From positions 241,579-305,578 of the forward strand of contig PFAZ01000001.1 in assembly GCA_002773535.1 (NCBI GenBank): a DNA stretch of 64,000 bases, written 5' to 3'. This document shows positions 18,897-27,679 of this stretch, piece by piece. Below the pieces are notes generated by a model. That model was not told the origin of the DNA. It saw nothing but the letters and a program-made list of their open reading frames with translations, and searched no databases. This stretch comes from Candidatus Harrisonbacteria bacterium CG10_big_fil_rev_8_21_14_0_10_40_38 (GTDB taxonomy: Bacteria > Patescibacteriota > Minisyncoccia > UBA6257 > 1-14-0-10-40-38). The first letter of the stretch is position 1. Each line of letters begins with the position of its first letter. The translations under genes and the position numbers were made by a program.

Positions 18897-20945
18897 CTAT
18901 ATGTCAAGATTTTTTACCGACAGAGCATGTGCCTGAATAAACTTCTTTCTTGGCTCAACAGTCTCTCCCATAAGCACGCTAAACAATCTATCCGCCTCTG
19001 TAGCATCCCCAACCTCCACAAGCTTCAAAACCCTAGCCTCGGGATCCATTGTAGTTTCCCAAAGCTGCTGTGGGTTCATCTCTCCCAAACCTTTATACCT
19101 CTGAACAAAGATTCCTTTCATTCTACCATCACCAGTTTCCAAAGAAACCTCTTCGGTATTTTCTGCATCCGTCACTTCAACCTCTTCCCCCTTGGCTTTC
19201 TTCTTTGCTGAAGCCGCCTGCCTCTCTTTCTTTAATGCCTGAAGTTCATCAATAGCTTTATCTTTAGCTCCTTCATTAAATACATATCTAAAAGACTTTC
19301 CTGCCTGAACCTTAAAGAGTGGCGGCTGCGCGATATACAAATGACCGGCATCAATTATCTCACGGAAGTACCTGTAAAACAGGGTAAGCAAAAGAGTCCT
19401 GATATGAGCGCCATCAACATCAGCATCAGTCATGATGATGATTTTATGATATCTAAGTTTTGAAATATCAAACGACTCAGCGATAGCGGTGCCGATCGCG
19501 ACAACCAACGCCTTTATCTCTTTATTGATAAGCATCTTATCAATCCTCGATTTTTCAACATTCAAAATTTTTCCCTTTAAAGGCAATATTGCCTGTGTCC
19601 TCCTATCACGACCGGATTTTGCGCTACCACCAGCAGAGTCTCCCTCTACTATAAACAGCTCAGAATCTTCCGGACTTCGTGAAGTGCAGTCTGCAAGTTT
19701 ACCGGGAAGAGTAAGTCCTTCGAGAACCCCTTTTCGAAGAACCATGTCCTTCGCCGCTTTTGCAGCTTTTCTCGCCTTTACGGCAAGAAGAGATTTTTCG
19801 ATGATCCTTCTTGCATCAGAAGAATTTCTTTCAAGAAAATCTTTCAGAGACTCACCCACAACTGACTCAACTGCAGTGCGCGCTTCGGTGTTCCCAAGAC
19901 GCGCCTTTGTCTGACCTTCAAACTGTGGTTCGCGAAGCTTAACCGAAACAATAACCGTAAGACCCTCACGAACATCATCACCTGTAAAACCATCATCTTC
20001 TTTTTTAAGAAGATTATTTGAACGAGCATATTCATTTAAAGTTCTGGTAAGAGCCGACCTAAAACCAGTCATATGCATTCCGCCATCGGGAGTATAAATA
20101 TTATTTGCAAAACTTAACTCTTTAGATTCATATTCGTCGTTATAAACAAAAGCCACCTCAACCCCCATATCGTTCTGCTGTTTATCTACATAAAAAAGAT
20201 TATCTAAAAGCGATTTTTCTGAACGACTAAGATATCTAAGAAAAGACGCGAGCCCGCCATCAAAACAAAATCCATGATAAACCGGCACCTCTCCTCGCGA
20301 GTCTATTATCTCGATTGCAATTCCTTTTGTAAGGAACGCCTGTCGCCTCAAGTGGTCAACAATTCTTTTTAAATCAAATTTGGTTTCAGAAAAAATAGTA
20401 TGATCCGGCTGGAAGATTATCTTCGTTCCGGTACTTTTACTAGATCCTATTTTTTTAACCTTGGTTTTTGGAACACCACGTTCATATTCCTGCTCATAGA
20501 CTCCACCATCACGAGAAACCTCAGCACGAAGCCATACAGACAATGCACATACAACCGAAACACCAACACCGTGGAGACCTCCTGAAACCTTATAAGACTC
20601 GCCTCCAAATTTACCTCCGGCATGAAGCGTTGTAAGAACAGTCTCCAGTGCAGACTTTTTTGTCTGTGCATGAACCTCAACCGGAATACCGCGTCCATCA
20701 TCAGTTACAGCAACTTTATTGTCAGGTAAAAGCTCCACCCGAATATGCTTCGCGTGTCCTGCCATTGCCTCGTCAATCGAATTATCAACGACCTCCCAGA
20801 TAAGATGGTGAAGACCGTCTACACCCGTCGAGCCAATATACATACCCGGTCTCTTTCGAACCGGCTCTAAACCCTCAAGAACGTATATGTCCTTGGCTGA
20901 ATATGATGGCTTTTTTTCTGCCTTTTTCTCGTCTTTTTCCGCCAT
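18897..20945 (-). CDS. gyrB: DNA gyrase subunit B (type IIA topoisomerase B subunit)
   Basis: VRKRPGMYIG, SGGLHGVG, VEGDSAGG, MTDADVDG, QRYKGLGEM. Confidence 0.95.
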   Translation of the reverse strand: MAEKDEKKAEKKPSYSAKDIYVLEGLEPVRKRPGMYIGSTGVDGLHHLIWEVVDNSIDEAMAGHAKHIRVELLPDNKVAVTDDGRGIPVEVHAQTKKSALETVLTTLHAGGKFGGESYKVSGGLHGVGVSVVCALSVWLRAEVSRDGGVYEQEYERGVPKTKVKKIGSSKSTGTKIIFQPDHTIFSETKFDLKRIVDHLRRQAFLTKGIAIEIIDSRGEVPVYHGFCFDGGLASFLRYLSRSEKSLLDNLFYVDKQQNDMGVEVAFVYNDEYESKELSFANNIYTPDGGMHMTGFRSALTRTLNEYARSNNLLKKEDDGFTGDDVREGLTVIVSVKLREPQFEGQTKARLGNTEARTAVESVVGESLKDFLERNSSDARRIIEKSLLAVKARKAAKAAKDMVLRKGVLEGLTLPGKLADCTSRSPEDSELFIVEGDSAGGSAKSGRDRRTQAILPLKGKILNVEKSRIDKMLINKEIKALVVAIGTAIAESFDISKLRYHKIIIMTDADVDGAHIRTLLLTLFYRYFREIIDAGHLYIAQPPLFKVQAGKSFRYVFNEGAKDKAIDELQALKKERQAASAKKKAKGEEVEVTDAENTEEVSLETGDGRMKGIFVQRYKGLGEMNPQQLWETTMDPEARVLKLVEVGDATEADRLFSVLMGETVEPRKKFIQAHALSVKNLDI

Positions 20946-21067
20946 TAAACTCTAAAAAACTAAATAAAAACGCCGAAAAGCGCACATTCATTATACCAAA
21001 CCCACCTCAAAAAAGAAAGAGAAAAAAGCTGTAAGTTTTTAGTCTTAAGTTTTTAGCTGTCAGTTAT

Positions 21068-22270
21068 CTATCGTACTTCCGCCCCAAGATCCTCTCCCAC
21101 CATTTTCTCAACTTCAGAATGAATCTTATTTACTTCTTCGTTTGTAAGCGTCCTCTCATGAGAACGATAAACTATCCTAAACGTATAGCTCTTCCTGTCA
21201 GCTCCAAATTTTTCATCATTTTCATACTCATCTGTCATAGCGACCTCTTCAACTAAGTCCCCTGCAAGATGTCTTACGATTTCATAAAACCTGTTTAACG
21301 AAGTTTTTTTAGAAACTATAAAAGATATATCTCTCACAACTTCAGGATATTTGCTCACAGAGGCATATTTACTATTCAAGGAAACAAACTGCTTTGTGAC
21401 TCTTGGGTCTTCCGACCAAAAAATCCTAATGTCCGGAATATCCATCTTCACCATCGCAAGCCGCTCTATTCCAAAACCAAATGCCCATCCGGTATATTTT
21501 TCCGAATCTATCCCAAGTCGCTCCAAAACATTTTTATGAACTACACCGGCTCCCACAACTTCTAGCCATTTGTCACCCCACTTTATTTCTATCTGCGTGC
21601 TCGGATCCGTAAAAGGAAAAGTATCTCCCAAAAATTTATAAGTTATATCTTCTCCAAAAACCGCTTTCACAATATTTGCAAGAACTCTCTGTAAATCATC
21701 AAGCGTGATTTCTCCCTTCTCCCGTTTCTGAATATATAACCCATCAATCTGATGAAATACAGGAAAATGCTTGCTGTCTATCTCGTCTTTTCTATAAACC
21801 TTTCCATAACAAAGCTCTCCGATCCACCCACGTTCCGAAAGAAGTTTTTGAACATCCGGATCAGTAAGATAATAAAGCCACATCGAAGTCGTGTGTGTCC
21901 TAAGCACCCTATCTTCCCCTATAAAATACGTATCACTAGTATTTCTACTAGGATGATCCTCTGGAAAATTAAACAAATCAAAACTATCGCTAACCGTAAG
22001 AGTCTCCGGAGTTTTTACAACATCAAATCCTTTAAAATCATCTATCGCGAGAATTTCATCGATAACAAATTTTATCGGCGAGCTTTCTTTTCTTGACAAA
22101 TCAGGTAAAGCCAAAAGCCGCTTAAACCGAAGCGCATCAAAATCATCCCGAGACTCAATCTCAGAAAGTATTTTCTCCTCCACCCCATCACGATAAATAA
22201 TCTCCCTACCTCCAGTTGAATCATCGGTATCTAAAATATCTTTTTTAAAATCAAAATTCCGCTTTTCCAT
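21068..22270 (-). CDS. pheS: Single-chain phenylalanine--tRNA ligase (catalytic domain fused to ferredoxin-fold anticodon-binding domain)
   Basis: DHPSR, LRTHTT, GKVYRKDEIDSKHFPVFHQ, FPFT, GWAFGFGIERL, then SKYPxVxRDISF...RTLTNEEVN (B8/FDX-ACB). Confidence 0.93.
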   Translation of the reverse strand: MEKRNFDFKKDILDTDDSTGGREIIYRDGVEEKILSEIESRDDFDALRFKRLLALPDLSRKESSPIKFVIDEILAIDDFKGFDVVKTPETLTVSDSFDLFNFPEDHPSRNTSDTYFIGEDRVLRTHTTSMWLYYLTDPDVQKLLSERGWIGELCYGKVYRKDEIDSKHFPVFHQIDGLYIQKREKGEITLDDLQRVLANIVKAVFGEDITYKFLGDTFPFTDPSTQIEIKWGDKWLEVVGAGVVHKNVLERLGIDSEKYTGWAFGFGIERLAMVKMDIPDIRIFWSEDPRVTKQFVSLNSKYASVSKYPEVVRDISFIVSKKTSLNRFYEIVRHLAGDLVEEVAMTDEYENDEKFGADRKSYTFRIVYRSHERTLTNEEVNKIHSEVEKMVGEDLGAEVR

Positions 22271-22363
22271 ACTCCTCTAAACTAGCAAAAGTAATGCATG
22301 CTAATCAAATGCAAATCAAAAAAGCAAAATTACAAAAGCGGCCCTCTAAAGCGACTCTCTAAA

Positions 22364-22407
22364 TTTACCTAACAGTTTTTGACGATCGTCAAAAACTATT
22401 AGGTAAA
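22364..22407. repeat. 44-bp loopless palindrome
   Basis: tttacctaacagtttttgacga/tcgtcaaaaactattaggtaaa, one mismatch. Confidence 0.8.
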
Positions 22408-22431
22408 CAAAAACCCACTCCAACCACCGAT

Positions 22432-22734
22432 TTATATTTTCCCCATTATTGCTTTTAGTCTTTCTCCTTCGCTTTCCACCAACTCTCCCTCGTATTCCCC
22501 TCCATGCGCATGAGTCCCTTGGTATGAGGGCGCCTTTTGGTCAAGATGCAGATTAACACCCCACCCATCATCCACCTCATCTATATATATATGAAACCTA
22601 GGGAAATCTCCCCCAGAAACACTTTTAATATAAGAAACCGCTCCTGACCGCTTTACCTCCTGTCTATATCCCGCATGCCTTAAAAAAAACGCCATATTTT
22701 TTTGCCTCTGTTTATCCGGAACAAAAAATCTCAT
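22432..22734 (-). CDS. Hypothetical protein
   Basis: 100-aa ORF with conserved-looking FPRFHIY and NLHLDQK...HAHGGEY segments. Confidence 0.75.
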   Translation of the reverse strand: MRFFVPDKQRQKNMAFFLRHAGYRQEVKRSGAVSYIKSVSGGDFPRFHIYIDEVDDGWGVNLHLDQKAPSYQGTHAHGGEYEGELVESEGERLKAIMGKI

Positions 22735-22846
22735 ATCTCATTTATATACCAGAAAGACCCAAAAATACAAAAAAACAAAACACGCTTAAAATATGTTCTA
22801 AACTTTAGGATCTTCACAACCCCAAAAAAATCACGGAGAATTTATC

Positions 22847-23818
22847 GTGAGAAGTTTCAAAACGGTCAAAGTCGTCTGCTTTGGTGGAGGCACTGGTCTT
22901 CCCGCTCTCCTATCTGGTCTCAGAGAAAACAAATGGCTCAAGATCACTGCCGCCCCAACCGTTTTCGACAACGGCGGAAGTTCGGGGGCATTAAAGGACT
23001 CACACGGCATCTTACCACCCGGAGACGTTCTACGATGCCTCTTGAGTCTCTCTGAAGATGAGGCAGTTGCAAGAAAAATTCTTTCAGCAAGAATTGAAAT
23101 TGAATCTGCCCCACGCCATACAGCTGGAAATCTTCTTTTACTCGGCCTACAGATGGTTTTTGAAAACGACTACCAGCTTTCAATTGACTCACTCGGAACT
23201 GCTTTGCACATACACGGGAGAGTCTGCCCTGTTTCATGCGAAAAAAGCACTCTCGTAGCCAACTATCACGACGGAGTAACTATAAAAGGCGAAATTCAAA
23301 TAGACGAAAAACTCCGCGAAGGTACAGCGCCAAAATCGCTTTCCCTCGACCCACAAGTTGAAGGAAATGAAGCGCTAATATTGGCAATCAAAAAGGCAGA
23401 CATACTCTGTATTAGCTCTGGTAGTTTTTTCACAAGCATTCTTCCTTGCTTTCTCCCAAAAGGAATCAAAGAAGTAATCCAAGAAAGCCCTGCACCAGCC
23501 ATCTTCATTTCAAACATCCTCACTGAAGGCATGGGGATGAATCACGAATCTGTAGAGTCCATGACCCGAACCGTAGAAGAGTATATCGGAAAAAGAGTCG
23601 TCAGAATCGTGATAAATGACAAGGTTCACGATGACGCCATGGGAAGATACGCGCAAGAGGACAAAAATCCAACAAAGTATGACAAAGAAAGCAACGACCC
23701 GCGATTCATTACCGGAGAGTTCTGGCAAGACTCAGAACTCGCAAGACACGACTCACGCCTCCTCGGATCAGCAGTAAGTAAACTGATCCATGAACTCACA
23801 AACCCCTCCCCTCGATGA
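22847..23818 (+). CDS. YvcK/GlmR (CofD-like) family protein
   Basis: VVCFGGGTG, DNGGSSG, LPPGD, HTAGNL, SFFTSILP, RHD. Confidence 0.88.
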   Translation: MRSFKTVKVVCFGGGTGLPALLSGLRENKWLKITAAPTVFDNGGSSGALKDSHGILPPGDVLRCLLSLSEDEAVARKILSARIEIESAPRHTAGNLLLLGLQMVFENDYQLSIDSLGTALHIHGRVCPVSCEKSTLVANYHDGVTIKGEIQIDEKLREGTAPKSLSLDPQVEGNEALILAIKKADILCISSGSFFTSILPCFLPKGIKEVIQESPAPAIFISNILTEGMGMNHESVESMTRTVEEYIGKRVVRIVINDKVHDDAMGRYAQEDKNPTKYDKESNDPRFITGEFWQDSELARHDSRLLGSAVSKLIHELTNPSPR

Positions 23819-23846
23819 GAAATCTCGGGGGGAGATTTCTTTTAAG

Positions 23847-24281
23847 TTAGTCTTTCTTCCTCGCAGCAATAAATACCGCCACAGAAACAATTAAAATATT
23901 TTTCAATATATACTGCCCCTCAAGCGTTGGCACGAAAGGTGCATTCCATGCAATACTCGGCAAAAGTATAAGCGGAAGCACTGTTGTAAAAATGTGAATT
24001 GCAAGAAACAAAAACGCCAATTTTTCAAAACCTTTTATTAAAAACAAAATGCCTATCGCCATTTCAAAAACAGCAAACAAAGAATAAAAAATTGGGAATG
24101 GCATCATAAATCCAAGCGTCTTTTCAAAAAGCGCCAAAACAAGCGGCCCGGCAGGACTAAGACCTATTAGTTTTAAAAACCCGAACCAAAAATAAACCAA
24201 AAAAATAGCGAACCTCCCAAGCCGCACATCAATGCGTTGGGACAAACTCACCAACCCACCAGAAAAACTTTTCAAACTCAT
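23847..24281 (-). CDS. DoxX-like membrane protein
   Basis: YFWFGFLK and PTLEGQYILKN, four TM segments. Confidence 0.75.
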   Translation of the reverse strand: MSLKSFSGGLVSLSQRIDVRLGRFAIFLVYFWFGFLKLIGLSPAGPLVLALFEKTLGFMMPFPIFYSLFAVFEMAIGILFLIKGFEKLAFLFLAIHIFTTVLPLILLPSIAWNAPFVPTLEGQYILKNILIVSVAVFIAARKKD

Positions 24282-24367
24282 AAACTAATTATAACAAAAA
24301 TTAATTACCAAAAATAAAAGGGCTGTGCAAGATTTCTCTCACACAGCCCCGTTGTTTCAAAAAATCC

Positions 24368-24685
24368 TTACTTGAAGTCTGAATCCTTTGGAACTTTGTT
24401 TACAGTGCGACCACAACAGTCGCACAGCGCAAAAAGAGAACATAAATCAAAATTCTCTCTACGCCCACATTTTTTATAACTCCTCATCTGCCTCTTCTTC
24501 ATCCTCTTCATCGGCTTACTGCAACAACGAGTAAACCAACATGTCTTTCTTCCAAAGACTCCAGGATCGGGTACCCATAGAACTGCTTCCGAAAATCATT
24601 CTGGCGCATGATTCAGGCATCTTCCATGAGAACACTGGACATACTAATGTTCTGAACTCTCGTGCGCAACATTGCTATGGTCCAT
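24368..24685 (-). pseudogene. Cys-rich 105-codon frame with internal TAG and TGA
   Basis: aaaggag SD plus ATG 24685; same frame to TAA 24368 with stops at 24644-46 and 24596-98; upstream TTGACT promoter and downstream terminator. Confidence 0.4.
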
Positions 24686-24837
24686 AGCAATACTCCTTTC
24701 TGGCCACCGGTTTTCTAAGGTGCCACCCATACAATAACAAAAAATACAAATAAGTCAATATACCGTATGACCAGGTCTTTTAAAAACAGTCTTTCAATAA
24801 TATTTTTAAACTTTGATTTTTCAATTTTGAATTTTAC

Positions 24838-24914
24838 TGGTGCCGGAGGCGAGAATCGAACTCGCGACCTTGGGTTTATGAGTCCCACGCTCTAACCAAC
24901 TGAGCTACCCCGGC
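24838..24914 (-). tRNA. tRNA with CAT anticodon (elongator Met or Ile2)
   Basis: GCCGGGG/CTCCGGC acceptor, GTTCGA T-arm, CTCATAA loop, encoded CCA; A31-A39 mismatch. Confidence 0.92.
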
Positions 24915-25119
24915 AGGAAAAAATTGTTAAATAATGATACTCCGAAGAGCAAGTAAATATGCACGCGAAGTCAGTATACTAAAACACGCCAAAAAACAAA
25001 ACACCATCTCAATATTTCTAATATAAACAATACGTTTTCAAAAAAATACAAACTTTCTTATATGAACTAGGTTATCTATTCAAAGAAGGTCTCTGAGATC
25101 TTGTTTTCAATGTGAATGA

Positions 25120-25256
25120 GGGTGTTTCTTTTAAAAAGCTTTCGGAAGCGCATGAAGCTTGGTTCCCACCCGCAGGGGTGGGATTCATGCGCTGAGAACG
25201 CAGGCGGTTACTTGCCGCAGGAGCAAGTAAACCGCCGTTTTTTAAAAGAAATATCC
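25120..25256 (+). repeat. Structured intergenic element, copy D (diverged)
   Basis: 18-bp closing IR; gct-tcgga, stem agcgcatgaa/ttcatgcgct with GCTTGGT bulge, GAGA..GCAGG linker, A-bulged 3' hairpin. Confidence 0.8.
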
Positions 25257-25265
25257 GAATGATTG

Positions 25266-25337
25266 TTGCGGGTGCAGGAATCGAACCTGCCCCTGGTGGT
25301 TATGAGCCACCCATGCACACCAGTACACCAACCCGCG
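25266..25337 (-). tRNA. Initiator-like tRNA-Met (CAT), divergent
   Basis: CGCGGGT/ACCCGCA with C1-A72 mismatch, CTCATAA loop, GCAGGTTCGATTCCTGC T-arm; CCA not encoded. Confidence 0.88.
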
Positions 25338-25379
25338 ATATATATTCTGTTTTACAAAAAACAGTATATACTTTGTAAC

Positions 25380-26699
25380 ATGAATAGCGCAACCCATCGT
25401 GTAGGAATCATAGGTTTCGGCAAAGAAGGTAGATCGCTATTTAACTACCTAAAAAAATCCAAAAAATATAAAAATAGCGATTTTTGGATATTAGACAAAA
25501 ATCCCAAGATAGAAATACCAAAAAACACAAACTCCCAAACCGGAAAAAGTTATCTAAAAAATCTGGATAAATTTGACACCCTATTCCGCTCCCCCGGCGC
25601 CCATTTTTTACTAAAAGAAATCCAGCACGCAAAAAAGAAAGGAGTAAAAATCGAAAGCGCTACAAAACTCTTTTTTGAAGAAATACCAAAGAAAAAAATT
25701 ATTGGTGTAACAGGAAGTAAGGGCAAGGGCACGACTGCAACCCTTATTCATAAAATGCTAAAAGCCTCAGGGAAAAAGGTTATCCTCGCAGGCAATATCG
25801 GCATCCCGATGACAGACACGATTCAAAAAGCAAAAAACACAGATTACATAGTTCTAGAGCTTTCAAGTTTTCAACTACAAGATCTAAATACTTCCCCACA
25901 CATTGCAGTTATATTAGACATGTTTCCAGAACACCTAGATGTTCACAAAAATATAAACGAATATTTAAACGCAAAAACAAACATCTACTCTCATCAAACA
26001 AAAGACGATAAAACATTTTATTTTAAAAATAACTCCCTCACAAAAAAAATTGCATCATACGGGAAAGGTAAAAAAATCGGTATAACCCCAAAAGAAAACA
26101 ATCTTACGAAAAATTTTGACATCGCATCTGCAGTCGCAGAATCTCTCGGTGTAAAGAAAAAAACAATCAAATCTGTACTTAAAAATTTTAAAGGGCGACC
26201 CCATCGTCTCGAAGTGGTTTTAGTCAAAAACAACATAACCTATATAAATGATTCCGCCGCAACCAACCCAGAAGCAACATCTGCCGCCATGAGAACTTTA
26301 ACTGAAAACCAAAAACAAGAAACAAAAGGTAAAAGTTTTAAGTCCGCAGTTTTCAGTTCAAAATCTCTGATTTTGATTGCTGGTGGATCAGATAAAAGAC
26401 TGGACTATGCACCACTTTCAAAAACAATACAAAAAGAAAAAAGCGTAAAGTTAGTAATCCTCTACGGTGAAAATAAAAATAAAATTGAAAAATCAATCCA
26501 AGAGTCACGAAAAAAAATTAAAATATCAAAATCAAAAAACCTCAAAGAAGCTTTCAAAGCAGCAAATGCTTTCGCAAAAAAATCAAAAGAAAATACAACG
26601 ATTCTACTCTCTCCTGCCTCTGCTAGTTTTGACCAATTCAAAAACTACGAAGACCGAGGTAATCAATTTAAAAAACTGGTAATGGATTTGAAAAAATAG
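25380..26699 (+). CDS. murD: UDP-N-acetylmuramoyl-L-alanine--D-glutamate ligase
   Basis: GVTGSKGKGTT, GNIG, VLELSSFQL, HRLE, NDSAATN, LSPASASFDQFKNYEDRG; start set at ATG 25380. Confidence 0.95.
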   Translation: MNSATHRVGIIGFGKEGRSLFNYLKKSKKYKNSDFWILDKNPKIEIPKNTNSQTGKSYLKNLDKFDTLFRSPGAHFLLKEIQHAKKKGVKIESATKLFFEEIPKKKIIGVTGSKGKGTTATLIHKMLKASGKKVILAGNIGIPMTDTIQKAKNTDYIVLELSSFQLQDLNTSPHIAVILDMFPEHLDVHKNINEYLNAKTNIYSHQTKDDKTFYFKNNSLTKKIASYGKGKKIGITPKENNLTKNFDIASAVAESLGVKKKTIKSVLKNFKGRPHRLEVVLVKNNITYINDSAATNPEATSAAMRTLTENQKQETKGKSFKSAVFSSKSLILIAGGSDKRLDYAPLSKTIQKEKSVKLVILYGENKNKIEKSIQESRKKIKISKSKNLKEAFKAANAFAKKSKENTTILLSPASASFDQFKNYEDRGNQFKKLVMDLKK

Positions 26700-26732
26700 A
26701 TAGAGAAAGCTACTATAGGAAAAGGCAAAAAT

Positions 26733-26807
26733 GCGGTGGTAGCATAGCTGGCCTAATGCGCTGCCCTGTCACGGCAGAGATCGCGGGTTCAAATCCCGTC
26801 CACCGCG
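26733..26807 (+). tRNA. tRNA-Asp (GTC)
   Basis: GCGGTGG/CCACCGC acceptor, CTGCC-CTGTCAC-GGCAG anticodon arm, GGTTCAAATCC, G73. Confidence 0.95.
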
Positions 26808-27022
26808 CAAAATACAAAGAGACACTCAAATTGTCTCTTTGTTTTTACAACAACGGGATTTGAACAAAGGGTGGGTCGGAGGGGACGCAACCGGGTCCCC
26901 TCCGTATAGGAAGTTATTTGAAACCGAGGGTTTCGAAAACGAAGATCTGATATAGATCGAGTTGTGAAATATCCCGTCCACCGCGCAAAATAAAAAACAC
27001 CAGATGGTATTTTTTATTTTGC
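26787..27022 (+). repeat. tRNA-Asp 3'-end duplication enclosing a small structured insert
   Basis: 22-bp direct repeat 26793-26814/26971-26992; inverted T-arm copy at 26853-26865. Confidence 0.85.
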
Positions 27023-27182
27023 CCTGATTTATCCTGAATAAAATTGAAGGAGTCACATCGAAGGGCAACAATCATGTCCTTACAGCTTCTTATGCCCCGC
27101 TACGTCAGAGCGGGGCAACCAATTCACGTGATATAATAAAAACCGCATCACATATCCCCACATTCAACATTTTACATTTCGC

Positions 27183-27638
27183 ATGTCACTAAAGATTCCC
27201 TACCAAAAACAAGAAAATGATTACTACTGTGGCCCCGCTGTCCTATCAATGGCTCTCGGTTATTTTGGTAAAAAAATTTCTCAAAAAGAAATCGCAAAAA
27301 TAACAAAAACAAAACCACCCCCATACGGAACAAGAAACTCCGAAATAGTTAAATTTCCAAAAAAATTTGGATTTAAGTCAGTAGTAAAGAAAAACGCGAC
27401 GATAAAAGATATAGAAGAATCGCTAAAGAAAAAATATCCAATAATAGTAAATTACGTAGAACCCGAAGATGAGATAGGACACTTCGCAATAGTTAAGGGA
27501 TTAACAAAAAATAAAATCATTCTTTACGATCCTTGGCATGGGCCAAGCTTTTCATTAGAGAGAAAAGATTTTTTAAAGCGCTGGCACAATCACAGAAACA
27601 CAATAAAACGCTGGATACTCAAAATTTATCCAAAATAA
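27183..27638 (+). CDS. C39-family cysteine peptidase
   Basis: QENDYYCGPA, GHF, YDPWHG (Cys-His-Asp). Confidence 0.85.
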   Translation: MSLKIPYQKQENDYYCGPAVLSMALGYFGKKISQKEIAKITKTKPPPYGTRNSEIVKFPKKFGFKSVVKKNATIKDIEESLKKKYPIIVNYVEPEDEIGHFAIVKGLTKNKIILYDPWHGPSFSLERKDFLKRWHNHRNTIKRWILKIYPK

Positions 27639-27679
27639 TAATTTTGACAAAGTAGGAAAAATTGATGTAGCATGAAGAC

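Noticed and set aside
25263-25379. N-terminal extension of MurD in the ORF track
   Set aside because: It is the antisense reading of the tRNA-Met gene; ATG 25380 follows a -10 box
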